A DNA stretch of 64,000 nt from Candidatus Omnitrophota bacterium (GCA_030649895.1 JAUSEX010000045.1:17875-81874), one strand, 5' to 3'; shown: positions 47,344 through 56,738, counted from the first letter of the stretch. Notes: generated by a model not told the origin, from the letters alone. Program-made: numbers and translations.

Positions 47344-48411
47344 TTATCTATGAATTGCGACACTCTCCAGCAATCCCAGCGCTATCATAGTGACTAAAAG
47401 CGATGAACCGCCGTAACTTACAAGCGGCAAAGGCAAACCCACAACCGGCATAAATCCCATCGTCATGCTGATGTTGACAATAACCTGGATGCCTATTATA
47501 GTGGCCATGCCGCAGGCTACCAGGACGCCGCACGGGTCATCTGTTTTTCTGGCTATCTCTATAGCCCTTCTGACCAGGACGTAATACAGCGCTATTAAAA
47601 TCGCGCTGCCTGCAAAACCCCATTCCTCTCCCGCCACTGAAAATATAAAATCCGTATGCCGCTCTGTTAAAAAATTCAATTGGCTCTGAGTGCCGCTGAG
47701 CCAGCCCTTTCCAAATATCCCTCCGGAACCAATCGCTATCCTGGATTGTATAACAGTATATCCTGCGCCAAGAGGGTCTATGTTCGGATTCACAAAAACC
47801 ATCAGCCGGTCCTTTTGATAATCCTTTAACATTAACCAGGCCAGCGGCGATGCTGCCAGTCCGGCCGCCATTATAAAGAATAGATGCTTGAGCCTTGCGC
47901 CCCAGATATATAAAAGCACAAGAAATACAGGCACAAGCATAAGCGCTGTCCCTAGATCCGGCTGGGCAAGTATCAATACAAACGGCAGGATCATAAGCAA
48001 AAAAGCCGCTGCGATATTTCCAAGCCCCTTTTTACTCTTTTGCTCCGTCAGATACTGTATTAAAGCCAGGGTAATAAATAGTTTTGCGAATTCAGAAGGC
48101 TGGAAGTTAAAAGAGCCTAATTCAAGCCATCTTTGCGCGCCGAGCCTTTTAGAGCCGAAGAAAAATACAACCAACAATAAAACAATAGAAAAGAAATAAA
48201 ACACATAACCCAGGCTTATGATTTTCCTGTAATTTATATTTATTATGCCCATAAAAAATAACGCCCCTATTAAAAACCACGCTATCTGCCTTATTATAAA
48301 ATCTATGTTCTTCGAATAAATGGCGCTAAAAAGAAATAAAAGGCCTGCGATAAATATGGCTACGGCCGCGCCAAACAACACCCAGTCAAAATCTTTATAT
48401 TTTTTAATCAT
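47344..48411 (-). CDS. rodA: Peptidoglycan glycosyltransferase RodA (SEDS family)
   Basis: About 10 TM helices, SEDS motifs, directly downstream of mrdA. Start at MIKKYKDFDW (ATG at 48411, 2 nt after the mrdA stop). Confidence 0.85.
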   Translation of the reverse strand: MIKKYKDFDWVLFGAAVAIFIAGLLFLFSAIYSKNIDFIIRQIAWFLIGALFFMGIININYRKIISLGYVFYFFSIVLLLVVFFFGSKRLGAQRWLELGSFNFQPSEFAKLFITLALIQYLTEQKSKKGLGNIAAAFLLMILPFVLILAQPDLGTALMLVPVFLVLLYIWGARLKHLFFIMAAGLAASPLAWLMLKDYQKDRLMVFVNPNIDPLGAGYTVIQSRIAIGSGGIFGKGWLSGTQSQLNFLTERHTDFIFSVAGEEWGFAGSAILIALYYVLVRRAIEIARKTDDPCGVLVACGMATIIGIQVIVNISMTMGFMPVVGLPLPLVSYGGSSLLVTMIALGLLESVAIHR

Positions 48412-50104
48412 TTTTATGCTTCCCAAACCAATATTCCAGCGCAGATTTTGCAATATCGCAAGGCGCATCTCCGCCTGACCCGCTGTTTTCCATAAAAACC
48501 GCAAAGCATATCTTTGGATCTTCGGAAGGCGCAAATCCCACAAACCAACCATGAGGCATAATGCCCGACCTCACCTGGACAGTGCCTGTTTTCGCCGAGA
48601 CAGAAACCGCCTTGTTCGCTACCCTGGCGCCCGTACCGTAAGGATCTTCTACGACCTTTCGCATCCCGCGCCTTATTGCGTCTATATTTTCCATTGCAAG
48701 CTTAAGGGGCTCTGTTTTAAAATTAGTTGCGCCCGCGTCTCCTACCTGTTTCAAAATATGAGGCTGGACAAGAGAACCTCCGTTTGCAATGCTCGCAATC
48801 ATACGCGTTACCTGTAAAGGCGTTACCAGCAAATCTCCCTGGCCTATTGAAAAATTTGCAGTATCGCCTGGATACCAGATCTCTTTTTTCTCCTGCCTTC
48901 TCCATTCTTTTGAAGGCACAAACCCGTTAGATTCTCCAAAAAGCTCTATGCCTGTTTTCCTGCCTAACCCGAACAGGCTCGCGTACTCTGTTATTTTATC
49001 CGCTCCCGTTAAAAGCCCTGCATGCCAAAAATAAACGTTGCAGGACCAGGCAAGGGCCTTTTCCATATCCACATAACCATGGCCATCTTTATTCCAGCAA
49101 TTGAACGTGTCTTTACCAATGTTAAATTTACCGGTACACACAAAACCCGTATACGTATTTACGCTTTTTGACTCAAGCGCTGCCATGCTTGTAACAATCT
49201 TAAATACAGAGCCCGGAGGATAAATCCCCATTATCGCCCTATTTAAAAGCGGAGATTCTTTCGCCCGCATAGCTAGCGACAATGACCCGTTAGGATCATA
49301 CGAAGGGCTGCTGACAAGGCTGAATATTTCCCCGTTATGCGGATCCATAAAAACAGCTGCGCCCTTCTCTCCGTTGAAAAGGCCATAAACTAACTTTTGC
49401 AAGCCGGCGTCAAGCGTAAGATAAACATCTCTTCCCGCCTTCGGCTTCCTATAGCTCAAGACCTTTACCTTGCGGCCCCTGTTATCAACCTGTATTTGCA
49501 TGCCCCCATCTTTTCCGCGCAGCACCCTGTCGCAGGATCTTTCAGCGCCGTCTTTGCCTATCAGGTCTTTTATGTTATACCCGTAAGGTTTTAAAAGCTC
49601 CAATTCGAACTGGCCTATCTCCCCTGTATATCCGACTACATGGCTAAAAGCCTCTTTGTAATAATAATTTCTAAAAGGTATCTCTTTTATCAGGACGCCC
49701 GGCATTTCAAACCCGGATTCTTCTATCGAAATAGCCGCCTTCTTAGAGACGTCTCTTATGAGTTCGCAAGGCGCGAATGGGGCGGTTTTATTGCGCTTAT
49801 AATTTCTTTCCATAAGGCTTTTTGAAACGCCCAGGATGCCGGACAGCTTTTCTATCTCAGCGTCAATCTCATCCATCTCCTGAGGAACGATAAAAACCCC
49901 GAACGAAAGCGTATTGCCCGCTATGAGTTTTCCCTGCCTGTCGTATATATTTCCGCGCGGTGCGCTTATATTCAAAAGCCTGATACTGTTCCTGGAGCTT
50001 AAGTCGCTGTAAAAAGGCCCTTTTACGATCTGAAGATAATAAAGCCATATACCCGTCAACACAAAAAGGATTGCAAAAAAAATCTGCAGAATTTTTATTC
50101 TCAT
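48404..50104 (-). CDS. mrdA: Penicillin-binding protein 2 (elongasome transpeptidase)
   Basis: 566 aa with an N-terminal TM helix, SxxK (GSVFK), SxN and KTG(T) motifs. Confidence 0.9.
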   Translation of the reverse strand: MRIKILQIFFAILFVLTGIWLYYLQIVKGPFYSDLSSRNSIRLLNISAPRGNIYDRQGKLIAGNTLSFGVFIVPQEMDEIDAEIEKLSGILGVSKSLMERNYKRNKTAPFAPCELIRDVSKKAAISIEESGFEMPGVLIKEIPFRNYYYKEAFSHVVGYTGEIGQFELELLKPYGYNIKDLIGKDGAERSCDRVLRGKDGGMQIQVDNRGRKVKVLSYRKPKAGRDVYLTLDAGLQKLVYGLFNGEKGAAVFMDPHNGEIFSLVSSPSYDPNGSLSLAMRAKESPLLNRAIMGIYPPGSVFKIVTSMAALESKSVNTYTGFVCTGKFNIGKDTFNCWNKDGHGYVDMEKALAWSCNVYFWHAGLLTGADKITEYASLFGLGRKTGIELFGESNGFVPSKEWRRQEKKEIWYPGDTANFSIGQGDLLVTPLQVTRMIASIANGGSLVQPHILKQVGDAGATNFKTEPLKLAMENIDAIRRGMRKVVEDPYGTGARVANKAVSVSAKTGTVQVRSGIMPHGWFVGFAPSEDPKICFAVFMENSGSGGDAPCDIAKSALEYWFGKHKND

Positions 50105-50135
50105 AATAATGCAGGAGACGGTTTAAAACCGCTCT

Positions 50136-50543
50136 CTACTTTAAATCAACGATCCTGAACAATAAAGGCGAGATAAGGCTTGAAAAAATTATTGTAAACA
50201 ATACGCCTGTCTGAATTGTCCTAGTGAATGCAAAATATGCGGAATAGAAACAAAACAGCCCGAAAAATGAAAAAATAAACTCCATACCGACGCCTTCTTT
50301 ATAATATATCTTCTGCTTGATCATTCCCACGGCTAGCCCAATCCCGCCATAAAGCATCAGATTCAAGCCCAGAGATGAAGACGACAATATCCCTGCAAGA
50401 AATCCTATAAATACACCTGTAACCAGCCCCCACACCGGCCCTTTTTTAAAGCCCGCGAAGATTGCAAAAAGCGCTAAAAAATTTATATTCAACAACGCGG
50501 CGCTTTGTAAAAGCCCCAGGACTATTATCCAGATAAAAAACAT
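50136..50543 (-). CDS. mreD: Rod shape-determining protein MreD
   Basis: 135 aa with 4-5 TM helices, downstream of mreC. Confidence 0.75.
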   Translation of the reverse strand: MFFIWIIVLGLLQSAALLNINFLALFAIFAGFKKGPVWGLVTGVFIGFLAGILSSSSLGLNLMLYGGIGLAVGMIKQKIYYKEGVGMEFIFSFFGLFCFYSAYFAFTRTIQTGVLFTIIFSSLISPLLFRIVDLK

Positions 50544-50557
50544 TATTGCCTTTTAAC

Positions 50558-50747
50558 TTCTCGACTCGGCCCGCATAACAGGTCCTCATGACCGCTCGAA
50601 GAATATTAGTGTTCGAGCGGACATATTGGCTATGCGCGCAAACCCGGCCGAGAACTCGTATGTATTTTTAATATTACTTTACCGCTAGAAAAATATTAGT
50701 GTTCGAGCGGACATGTTGGCTATGCGCGTAAACCCAGTCGAGAACTC
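50558..50747. repeat. Family A repeat with a ~95-bp second half tandemly duplicated (two direct copies, ~6 mismatches)
   Basis: ...CTCATGACCGCTCGAAGAATATTAGTGTTCGAGCGGACATATTGGCTATGCGCGCAAACCCGGCCGAGAACTCGTATGTATTTTTAATATTAC..., repeated from 50690 onward. Confidence 0.85.
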
Positions 50748-50763
50748 GTATGTATTTTTAATA

Positions 50764-51540
50764 TTACCTTACCACCAGCACTTCTTCCAGTTCTCTAACA
50801 TCAACTTCGGGTTTTATAACTGCGTTCAAATAAAGCCCGCTGGAATCCTGCTCGATAGACACCACTTCCCCTATCAACAAGCCCTTTTCGAAAACTCCAT
50901 AAAGCCCTGACGTAATAACCTTGTCGCCTTTTTTTGCGCCACATCCAAGATCCAGGTATTTCATAATAAGGCCCGCCCTCATATTTCCAGAAACAGCGCC
51001 TTCATCCCTTGTGCTTTCGATAATCCCGCTAAAGGTAGAATCATAATCTGTGACAAGAAGAACCCTGGATACCCCCCATCCTGTTTCCATAACCCTTCCC
51101 GCCAGGCCGCTTCCGCTTATCACTACCATGCCCTTTTCAATCTTATCTTTTCTGCCTCTGTCAATCACAACGGTATCATTCAAACCGGAAGGGTCCCTCG
51201 CTATAACCAAAGCAGGTACGAATTTACGCTTGTCCGATTCTTTAAAATCGAGAAGCTTTTTAAGCCTTTCATTCTCCAGCCTGGCCTCTCTTGAATTCAG
51301 CAGTTCTGTCTCAAGACTGGCTAGAGTTTCTTTAAGAATTTTATTTTCCGCGCGGATTTCTCTGAAATAGGCGACATCCCTCAGCGCATAGACAGAGCCT
51401 GAGATCAGTTTTAAAGGAACTCTTAAGATATCAAGGGTTTTGACTCGAAATTCAGAAGATAAAATACTGGAGAGCAGCGCTATAGCAGCTATAAAAATCA
51501 GTACTGCTATTATAGGGAGGTTTTTTTCTGGTTTTATCAC
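50764..51540 (-). CDS. mreC: Rod shape-determining protein MreC
   Basis: N-terminal TM helix, coiled coil and C-terminal beta domains. The start codon is uncertain (GTG at 51540 or TTG at 51579). Confidence 0.8.
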   Translation of the reverse strand: MIKPEKNLPIIAVLIFIAAIALLSSILSSEFRVKTLDILRVPLKLISGSVYALRDVAYFREIRAENKILKETLASLETELLNSREARLENERLKKLLDFKESDKRKFVPALVIARDPSGLNDTVVIDRGRKDKIEKGMVVISGSGLAGRVMETGWGVSRVLLVTDYDSTFSGIIESTRDEGAVSGNMRAGLIMKYLDLGCGAKKGDKVITSGLYGVFEKGLLIGEVVSIEQDSSGLYLNAVIKPEVDVRELEEVLVVR

Positions 51541-51611
51541 GCACTGTTCTATTTCCGCGCCTGCCCCGCACCCGAGCAAAGCGAATGGCGCAGGGTAATT
51601 CCGCAGTTTAC

Positions 51612-51695
51612 TTCCCGGCTCCGCTTGTATGACACGATTTTATGGCCGCTCGAAGAATAATAGTATTCGAGCAAACGAAATGAGTTGAGAACCAC
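51612..51695. repeat. Family A repeat, inner-palindrome copy, between mreB and mreC
   Basis: GGCCGCTCGAAGAATAATAGTATTCGAGCAAACGAAATGAGTTGAGAACC. Confidence 0.7.
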
Positions 51696-51716
51696 TTTCG
51701 CGTAATTCTGCGATTA

Positions 51717-52784
51717 TCAAAATTCCATTCTGGAGCGCACTGTAACTTTTCTGAGGTATTTTATTTCACTAAGGACTTTGCCTGTGCCAAGGGCTACTGC
51801 CGTAGTTGGATCTTCCGCAATATGAACAGGAAGCCCTGTTTCTTCGCTTATAAGCTTATCAATGCCTCTAAGCTGGGCTCCTCCGCCTGCCAGCACTATT
51901 CCTCTTTCTATTAAATCTGCGGAAAGTTCCGGAGGGGTCCTCTCTAGCGTCATCCTGGTTGCCTCAAGTATTGCTGAAACAGGCCCGGCAATAGCTTCTC
52001 TGATTTCTTCTGAAGATATGGTAATTGTCTTTGGGAGGCCTGCCACCAGGTCTCTGCCGCGCACTTCCATTGTCAATTCCTGCTCCAAAGGATACGTAGA
52101 TCCTATTTTTATCTTAATGTCTTCTGCGGTGCGTTCTCCAACCATTAGATTGTATGTCTTTTTAAGATGCTCTATGATTGCTTCGTCTAGCTCGTCTCCG
52201 CCTATTCTTATCGAGCGGGAAAATACAATACCTGCGAGAGATATAACCGCTATCTCTGTCGTGCCACCGCCTATATCAATAATCATATTTCCGGCAGGCT
52301 CTTCTATAGGCAGCCCTACTCCTATAGCCGCTGCTATAGGCTCTTCTATCAAGTATACTTCGCGGGCGCCTGCGTGCTCAGCAGAATCCTTTACAGCGCG
52401 TTTCTCAACCTCTGTTATTCCCGACGGTATAGCGATGACCATCCTGGGTCTTACAAAAACCTTTCTATTGTGAATCTTTTTTATGAAATACCTAAGCATG
52501 TCTTCTGTTATTTCAAAATCCGCAATAACCCCGTCCTTCATCGGCCTGATCGCAACTATACTCCCTGGGGTGCGGCCTAGCATCCTCTTGGCTTCTTCGC
52601 CTACCGCCAGTACGGCGTGGGTGCTTTTTTGAATAGCTACGACTGATGGTTCGCACAGGACAATACCCTGGCCTTTTACGTAAACAAGCGTGGTTGCCGT
52701 GCCAAGGTCAATCCCCATGTCATTTGAGAACAGGCCTAAAATGTTATCAAAATACTTCTTTAATAACTTAAATAACTTGATCAT
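51717..52784 (-). CDS. mreB: Rod shape-determining actin homologue MreB
   Basis: ...[35 protein letters not shown]... aligns to the E. coli MreB N-terminus. Confidence 0.95.
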   Translation of the reverse strand: MIKLFKLLKKYFDNILGLFSNDMGIDLGTATTLVYVKGQGIVLCEPSVVAIQKSTHAVLAVGEEAKRMLGRTPGSIVAIRPMKDGVIADFEITEDMLRYFIKKIHNRKVFVRPRMVIAIPSGITEVEKRAVKDSAEHAGAREVYLIEEPIAAAIGVGLPIEEPAGNMIIDIGGGTTEIAVISLAGIVFSRSIRIGGDELDEAIIEHLKKTYNLMVGERTAEDIKIKIGSTYPLEQELTMEVRGRDLVAGLPKTITISSEEIREAIAGPVSAILEATRMTLERTPPELSADLIERGIVLAGGGAQLRGIDKLISEETGLPVHIAEDPTTAVALGTGKVLSEIKYLRKVTVRSRMEF

Positions 52785-52860
52785 TCGCCACCTCAGGTTT
52801 TAAGTCGATTTACTTAATTTTAACAAAGCTGGTTTTCTTTGTCAATTTAATTTGCAAAGA

Positions 52861-54258
52861 TTAAGAAGAACCTGCCAAAGACAGGCGATGAAGCAATCTC
52901 TCGAAACCCGGGAAAGATTTATTTATACAATCCAGGCCTGTTACCCTGACGTTGCCTTTTATGCCAAGGCCCGCTATCAGCATGCTCATTGCAGTCCTGT
53001 GATCCCCAAAGCTGGATACCTTTGCGCTATGTAACGGCATGCCGCCGTTAATAACGATATGCTCGCGTTCTGGCTCCGGGCCAGAGGCCCTGCCCTTTAG
53101 CCTTTCGTCTTCAGCCTTGAGCCCAATATCCGCGCCAATCTTGCGCAAATTCGTAACCATAGATTTTATCCTGTCAGTCTCTTTAACGCGCAGCTCTTCT
53201 ATGCCTTTTATGACAGTCTTTCCTTTTGCAAAACAAGCAGCAACCATTATTACGGGTATTTCATCTATAGCGCGGACAACTTCTTTTGAAGATATTGTAA
53301 CGCCTCTCAACTTGCTTGGTTTAATCATAATATCGCCCATAAGCTCGCTGACCCATCCGACTCCGTAAGTCGCCGAAGCTGGCGACTCGCGGAGTCGGAT
53401 ATCTGCGCCCATCTTTTTTAATATATCTAAGATCCCGGTCCTGCTAGGGTTCAGTCCTACATTCCTGATGGTTATCTTTGTGTCCAGCAGAATACACCCA
53501 GCAACAATAAAAAATGCAGCGCTGGAAATATCCCCGGGAATACCAATCGCGCCCGGACTCTTTAATTCTACCGGCCCTTTTAAACTAATCCTTGAGCCTT
53601 TAGCCTTTAGCCTGCAGCCAAACATTTTTAACATCCGTTCGGTATGGTCCCTGGATTTCTCAGGCTCGCTGACGCAGGTAACGCCGTCTGCGTAAAGCCC
53701 TGCCAATAAAATGCACGATTTTACCTGCGCGCTTGCAATTGTGGATTTATATTGAATCGCCTTTAATCTTCCCCCTCGGATCTTTAAAGGCGGATAAATT
53801 TCTTGCTGCCTTGACCTTTGGCCATTTATTGCCGCGCCCATTTTAACAAGCGGCTCTACAATGCGCTTCATAGGCCTGGCTGACAAAGATTTATCCCCTG
53901 TCAAAACAACTTCAAAATCCTGGCCCGCTAAAATACCTGGGAGCACCCTCATGGTTGTCCCGGAATTACCTAAATATAACGGCCTGGACGGCTTCTTTAA
54001 CCCACGCATACCTACGCCATGCACTATAAAATAGGGACAGCGACCATTTTTCCCATGTTTAAAAATGGTCGCTGTCCCTATTTTTCCTATTTTTATTTTT
54101 ACACCCATAGCCTGAAACGCCTCTATGGTTCGCTTGATATCCTCTGCCATTAATAGGTTTTTTATACGGGTAGCGCCTTTTGATATAGATGCGAGCATTA
54201 CAGCGCGATGAGATATTGATTTATCGGAAGGGACTATTATTTCAACGGCTTTCAACAA
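52861..54258 (-). CDS. aroA: 3-phosphoshikimate 1-carboxyvinyltransferase (EPSP synthase, class II-like), carrying three in-frame repeat insertions
   Basis: 465 aa; PGDKSISHR-like start, LGNSGTTMR, RPMKRI, KVKETDRI, FGDHRTAM. Inserts relative to B. subtilis/S. aureus EPSPS (alignment from memory): family B hairpin 54028..54084 (KIGKIGTATIFKHGKNGRCPYFI), family C hairpin 53355..53400 (RLRESPASATYGVGWVSE), GAGCC tandem 53086..53114 (GLKAEDERLKGRASGPEPE). Confidence 0.9.
   Translation of the reverse strand: MLKAVEIIVPSDKSISHRAVMLASISKGATRIKNLLMAEDIKRTIEAFQAMGVKIKIGKIGTATIFKHGKNGRCPYFIVHGVGMRGLKKPSRPLYLGNSGTTMRVLPGILAGQDFEVVLTGDKSLSARPMKRIVEPLVKMGAAINGQRSRQQEIYPPLKIRGGRLKAIQYKSTIASAQVKSCILLAGLYADGVTCVSEPEKSRDHTERMLKMFGCRLKAKGSRISLKGPVELKSPGAIGIPGDISSAAFFIVAGCILLDTKITIRNVGLNPSRTGILDILKKMGADIRLRESPASATYGVGWVSELMGDIMIKPSKLRGVTISSKEVVRAIDEIPVIMVAACFAKGKTVIKGIEELRVKETDRIKSMVTNLRKIGADIGLKAEDERLKGRASGPEPEREHIVINGGMPLHSAKVSSFGDHRTAMSMLIAGLGIKGNVRVTGLDCINKSFPGFERLLHRLSLAGSS
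53355..53400. repeat. Family C hairpin repeat, in-frame within aroA
   Basis: ATCCGACTCCGTAAGTCGCC-GAAGCT-GGCGACTCGCGGAGTCGGAT; arm 20/20 identical to the intergenic copy at 885..904. Confidence 0.9.
54028..54084. repeat. Family B hairpin repeat, in-frame within aroA
   Basis: AAAATAGGGACAGCGACCATTTTT-CCCATGTTT-AAAAATGGTCGCTGTCCCTATTTT. Confidence 0.9.
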
Positions 54259-55033
54259 TCACATTACCTTTCTTCATGTCGTTTATTTTAGCGCCAGGAA
54301 GAATAGCAGCTGAAGACATTGTATCATAAACCTTGTCTATCTCTGCCTGACCAAGGAATTTTGGCCCATCCATTACATCGAATTTCATGCCTTTCTGAAT
54401 ATTCCTATCCTGGCCTATGTCGCTGACAATAAAACTGTACTCCTTGTTAACCACCAGTATCTTTCCCTGCATAATAGGCTTTTCAGACTTGCTGGCCATA
54501 ACGCCTTCATCCGGACTCACTACTATCTTGTCCAGGTTGACAGATTGCTTTTCCTGTAATTCCTGTATCTTTTTTTCAAGATCTATCTTTTCATTCGTAA
54601 GCCTTAACGCCTCTTTCTTTGTCTTGTCGTAATCATATTGCAGCGTATCCAGCTTCTTCGATATAGCTAATTTTTCTTTTTTTTCGTTATCAAGGTTTAC
54701 TTTAATTTTAGCCAGCTCCGCGTTTTTTGTTTCAAGTTCAGCAATAGCGGCTTCCCCTTTTAGCTTAATACCATCCAGCTCCGAAGCGACACTTTTAAAT
54801 TTTTCTTCCAATTTTATAATTTTTGCTTCGCTCTGGTCCTTGGCAGTCTTTGCTGTTTCTAATTCCTTTTCAAGATTTCGTTTCTCCTTTAAAGTTAGGG
54901 CAAGCTTGTCTTCGACAACAAGTCTTTTCATATATTCCCTCTCCTTGCCCATAAAACCTATTACAGCTATGGCTGCGGAGGCAATGCTTACGACTATTAA
55001 CAATACAAGAACTATCTTAAAGGTATTGGACAT
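54242..55033 (-). CDS. Membrane-anchored coiled-coil protein with a C-terminal beta-rich domain; function unknown
   Basis: N-terminal TM helix, about 150 aa of heptad-rich coiled coil, and a C-terminal approximately 80-aa domain. Own consensus promoter upstream. Confidence 0.5.
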   Translation of the reverse strand: MSNTFKIVLVLLIVVSIASAAIAVIGFMGKEREYMKRLVVEDKLALTLKEKRNLEKELETAKTAKDQSEAKIIKLEEKFKSVASELDGIKLKGEAAIAELETKNAELAKIKVNLDNEKKEKLAISKKLDTLQYDYDKTKKEALRLTNEKIDLEKKIQELQEKQSVNLDKIVVSPDEGVMASKSEKPIMQGKILVVNKEYSFIVSDIGQDRNIQKGMKFDVMDGPKFLGQAEIDKVYDTMSSAAILPGAKINDMKKGNVIVESR

Positions 55034-55056
55034 AATGCTTTACTCCTTTTTCACAG

Positions 55057-55085
55057 AGTATATCCTTAAAAAAGCGCATTGTCAA
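55057..55085 (-). promoter_or_regulatory. Sigma70 promoter for the coiled-coil protein gene
   Basis: On the minus strand: TTGACA (55085..55080), a 17-nt spacer, TATACT (55062..55057), then AGGAG and the ATG at 55033. Confidence 0.6.
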
Positions 55086-55104
55086 GAAAGAAACAACCGG
55101 ATTA

Positions 55105-55140
55105 CACTTCGTAAGTGTCGCGATTGACACTTACGAAGTG
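55105..55140 (-). terminator. Hairpin terminator after spoVG
   Basis: CACTTCGTAAGTGTC-GCGATT-GACACTTACGAAGTG, perfect 15-bp arms, followed on the minus strand by the U-rich GUUGUUUCUUUCUU. Confidence 0.6.
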
Positions 55141-55149
55141 TACGATAGC

Positions 55150-55428
55150 TTATTTCTCCTGCTCGTACGCCCCCAGCACCACCTCGTTCAGGGCTTCCCT
55201 GAATTCTCTGGTCAAAGGATACGCTGTATCATACCATTTGTCATCCTTGCCTTTTCTCGATGGCATACCTACAAATAATCCGTTCTTCCCTTCCACCACC
55301 CTAATTCCTTTTACTATAAAGACGCCTGCGAACGACACATCGCAAAAGGCCTTAAGGTTTGATTCCCCGCTGAGTCTATGCAACCTCAGCACCTCCACTC
55401 CGTTATTCTGGTTCACCATATCTATCAC
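55150..55428 (-). CDS. spoVG: Septation / regulatory protein SpoVG
   Basis: ...VSFAGVFIVKGIRVVEGKNGLFVGMPSRKGKDDKWYDTAYPLTREFREAL... is the SpoVG signature. Confidence 0.9.
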   Translation of the reverse strand: MIDMVNQNNGVEVLRLHRLSGESNLKAFCDVSFAGVFIVKGIRVVEGKNGLFVGMPSRKGKDDKWYDTAYPLTREFREALNEVVLGAYEQEK

Positions 55429-55930
55429 CTCCTGCTACATTAGACACATCCCGAGGCGATTTTCTTTCAAAATTTTTTTCTTTTTCAGGAATCCCTTTAA
55501 AAATCATCATAACCCTTTTGGCCCCTTCGCCTTCCATTACCCACTTAAATCCTAAAACAACTGAAATTGCAAGAAATTGTAAAAAATAATGCCTGAAAAT
55601 AAAAGACAGCACAAAGAAAAACAATCCTGCGAAAAGCCATTTCAGCCCAGACCTTTTCTTTTTTATCTTCTCGGCTGAGCCTGCCTGGCTTGTTCTGTTC
55701 TTCGGCTTAAAGAATACCGCGGCTGCTAATATTGTTCGAGCGAGGCCATCGCTAAGCGGCCAAGCCGAGAACTTCTTTCTCCGCGCCTCATACGCCACCA
55801 AAAGCATATCCAGGCAAACATTGCAATCCGCAATATGCCCCTCTATTTTTTTTCGCTCCGCATCTGAAAGCCTTTCATCCAGATATGACGAAAGCGTCTT
55901 TTCGTCCAGGCACATAATATTAATACCCAT
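55403..55930 (-). CDS. Zinc-finger anti-sigma factor (ZAS-like, HxxxCxxC) with a TM segment; carries a family A repeat fragment in-frame (55725..55780)
   Basis: MGINIMCLDEKTLSSYLDERLSDAERKKIEGHIADCNVCLDML... The internal SAWPLSDGLARTILAAA is the translation of AATATTGTTCGAGCGAGGCC...GCCGAGAAC. The track N-terminus is a read-through of the hairpin at 55959..56005. Confidence 0.7.
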   Translation of the reverse strand: MGINIMCLDEKTLSSYLDERLSDAERKKIEGHIADCNVCLDMLLVAYEARRKKFSAWPLSDGLARTILAAAVFFKPKNRTSQAGSAEKIKKKRSGLKWLFAGLFFFVLSFIFRHYFLQFLAISVVLGFKWVMEGEGAKRVMMIFKGIPEKEKNFERKSPRDVSNVAGGDRYGEPE

Positions 55931-55958
55931 ATCCCGCCCCCTTTTACTTTGCAAACCA

Positions 55959-56005
55959 ATCCGACTACCGTGAGTCGCCTCCTTTGGCGACCATGGTAGT
56001 CGGAT
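55959..56005. repeat. Family C-variant hairpin (ATCCGACTACCGTGAGTCGCC...GCGACCATGGTAGTCGGAT) in the sigma / anti-sigma spacer
   Basis: Same arm architecture as 885..930, with compensatory changes. Confidence 0.7.
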
Positions 56006-56010
56006 TTCGG

Positions 56011-56565
56011 TCAAGCCTTTAGCGAGGCTCGAAGAACCTGCTTCTTCCTGGCGATTATTGTAGAAACCGTGTTAACAGGTATATTCATAAAATCCGCTAT
56101 TTCTTTGTGCGTCTTGCCATGCGCTATATTTAGCTTCAATATGATCTTTTCTCTCGGAGAAAAATTTTCAACAGCCTTTTCCACTTCTTCCATTAATTCT
56201 ACCCCGCGTTCTTCCCCTTTATCCGAAACCATATCCTCAACTTTAAACAACTCCTCTTCGCTTAAAAGCCTTTCTCTTTTCTTGCGCATAAAATTCAAAG
56301 CCCTGGTCTGGCCTATTATGCTGAGCCACGCCTTTATCTTATTTCTGTCTCTTACTTCGCTCAATCTGGACTTTTCCCATAATTCTACAAATACGCTTTG
56401 GACAATATCCTGGATATCCTGGCTGTTAAACCTGAAACCGGATCTCTTCAGCCTTTCTCTGGCAGAATAATATATAAGCCCTGAAAACCTGCCGATAAAC
56501 TCCGACCAGGCCTTTTCTTCGCGCTTTATACAGCGCTCTATCAATTCATGAGTATTATCAAACAT
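56011..56565 (-). CDS. ECF-type RNA polymerase sigma-70 family factor
   Basis: 184 aa with region 2 (…DIVQSVFVELW…) and region 4 HTH (…KTHKEIADFMNIPVNTVSTIIARKK…). Confidence 0.85.
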   Translation of the reverse strand: MFDNTHELIERCIKREEKAWSEFIGRFSGLIYYSARERLKRSGFRFNSQDIQDIVQSVFVELWEKSRLSEVRDRNKIKAWLSIIGQTRALNFMRKKRERLLSEEELFKVEDMVSDKGEERGVELMEEVEKAVENFSPREKIILKLNIAHGKTHKEIADFMNIPVNTVSTIIARKKQVLRASLKA

Positions 56566-56687
56566 ACTTTTGATAATAACACACTAGCGATAGGCGAACC
56601 ACTTTGTTTCAGGCACAATATAATGACTAATAATAAGACACATAAAAACGCGGTTTTCTTTCAAAAAAAATAAATAAAAATAAAAAT

Positions 56688-56738
56688 ACCCCGCCCTTCC
56701 TACTTAGAAGAATATCTTCACAGTAGAAAGGGCGGGGT
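56688..56738 (-). terminator. Rho-independent terminator downstream of 56775..57188
   Basis: ACCCCGCCCTTCCTACT-loop(TAGAAGAATATCTTCAC)-AGTAGAAAGGGCGGGGT, followed on the minus strand by a long U tract (plus-strand A-rich 56655..56687). Confidence 0.75.

Noticed and set aside
53590-53620. GAGCC tandem tract in aroA at 53590..53620 as a fourth insertion
   Set aside because: The encoded segment (RLKAKGSRISLKG) is the same length as the corresponding segment of homologues (HLSVDGKKITVQG). It is therefore probably a repeat-like sequence that arose in place rather than an insertion. Only the tract at 53086..53114 coincides with extra residues.
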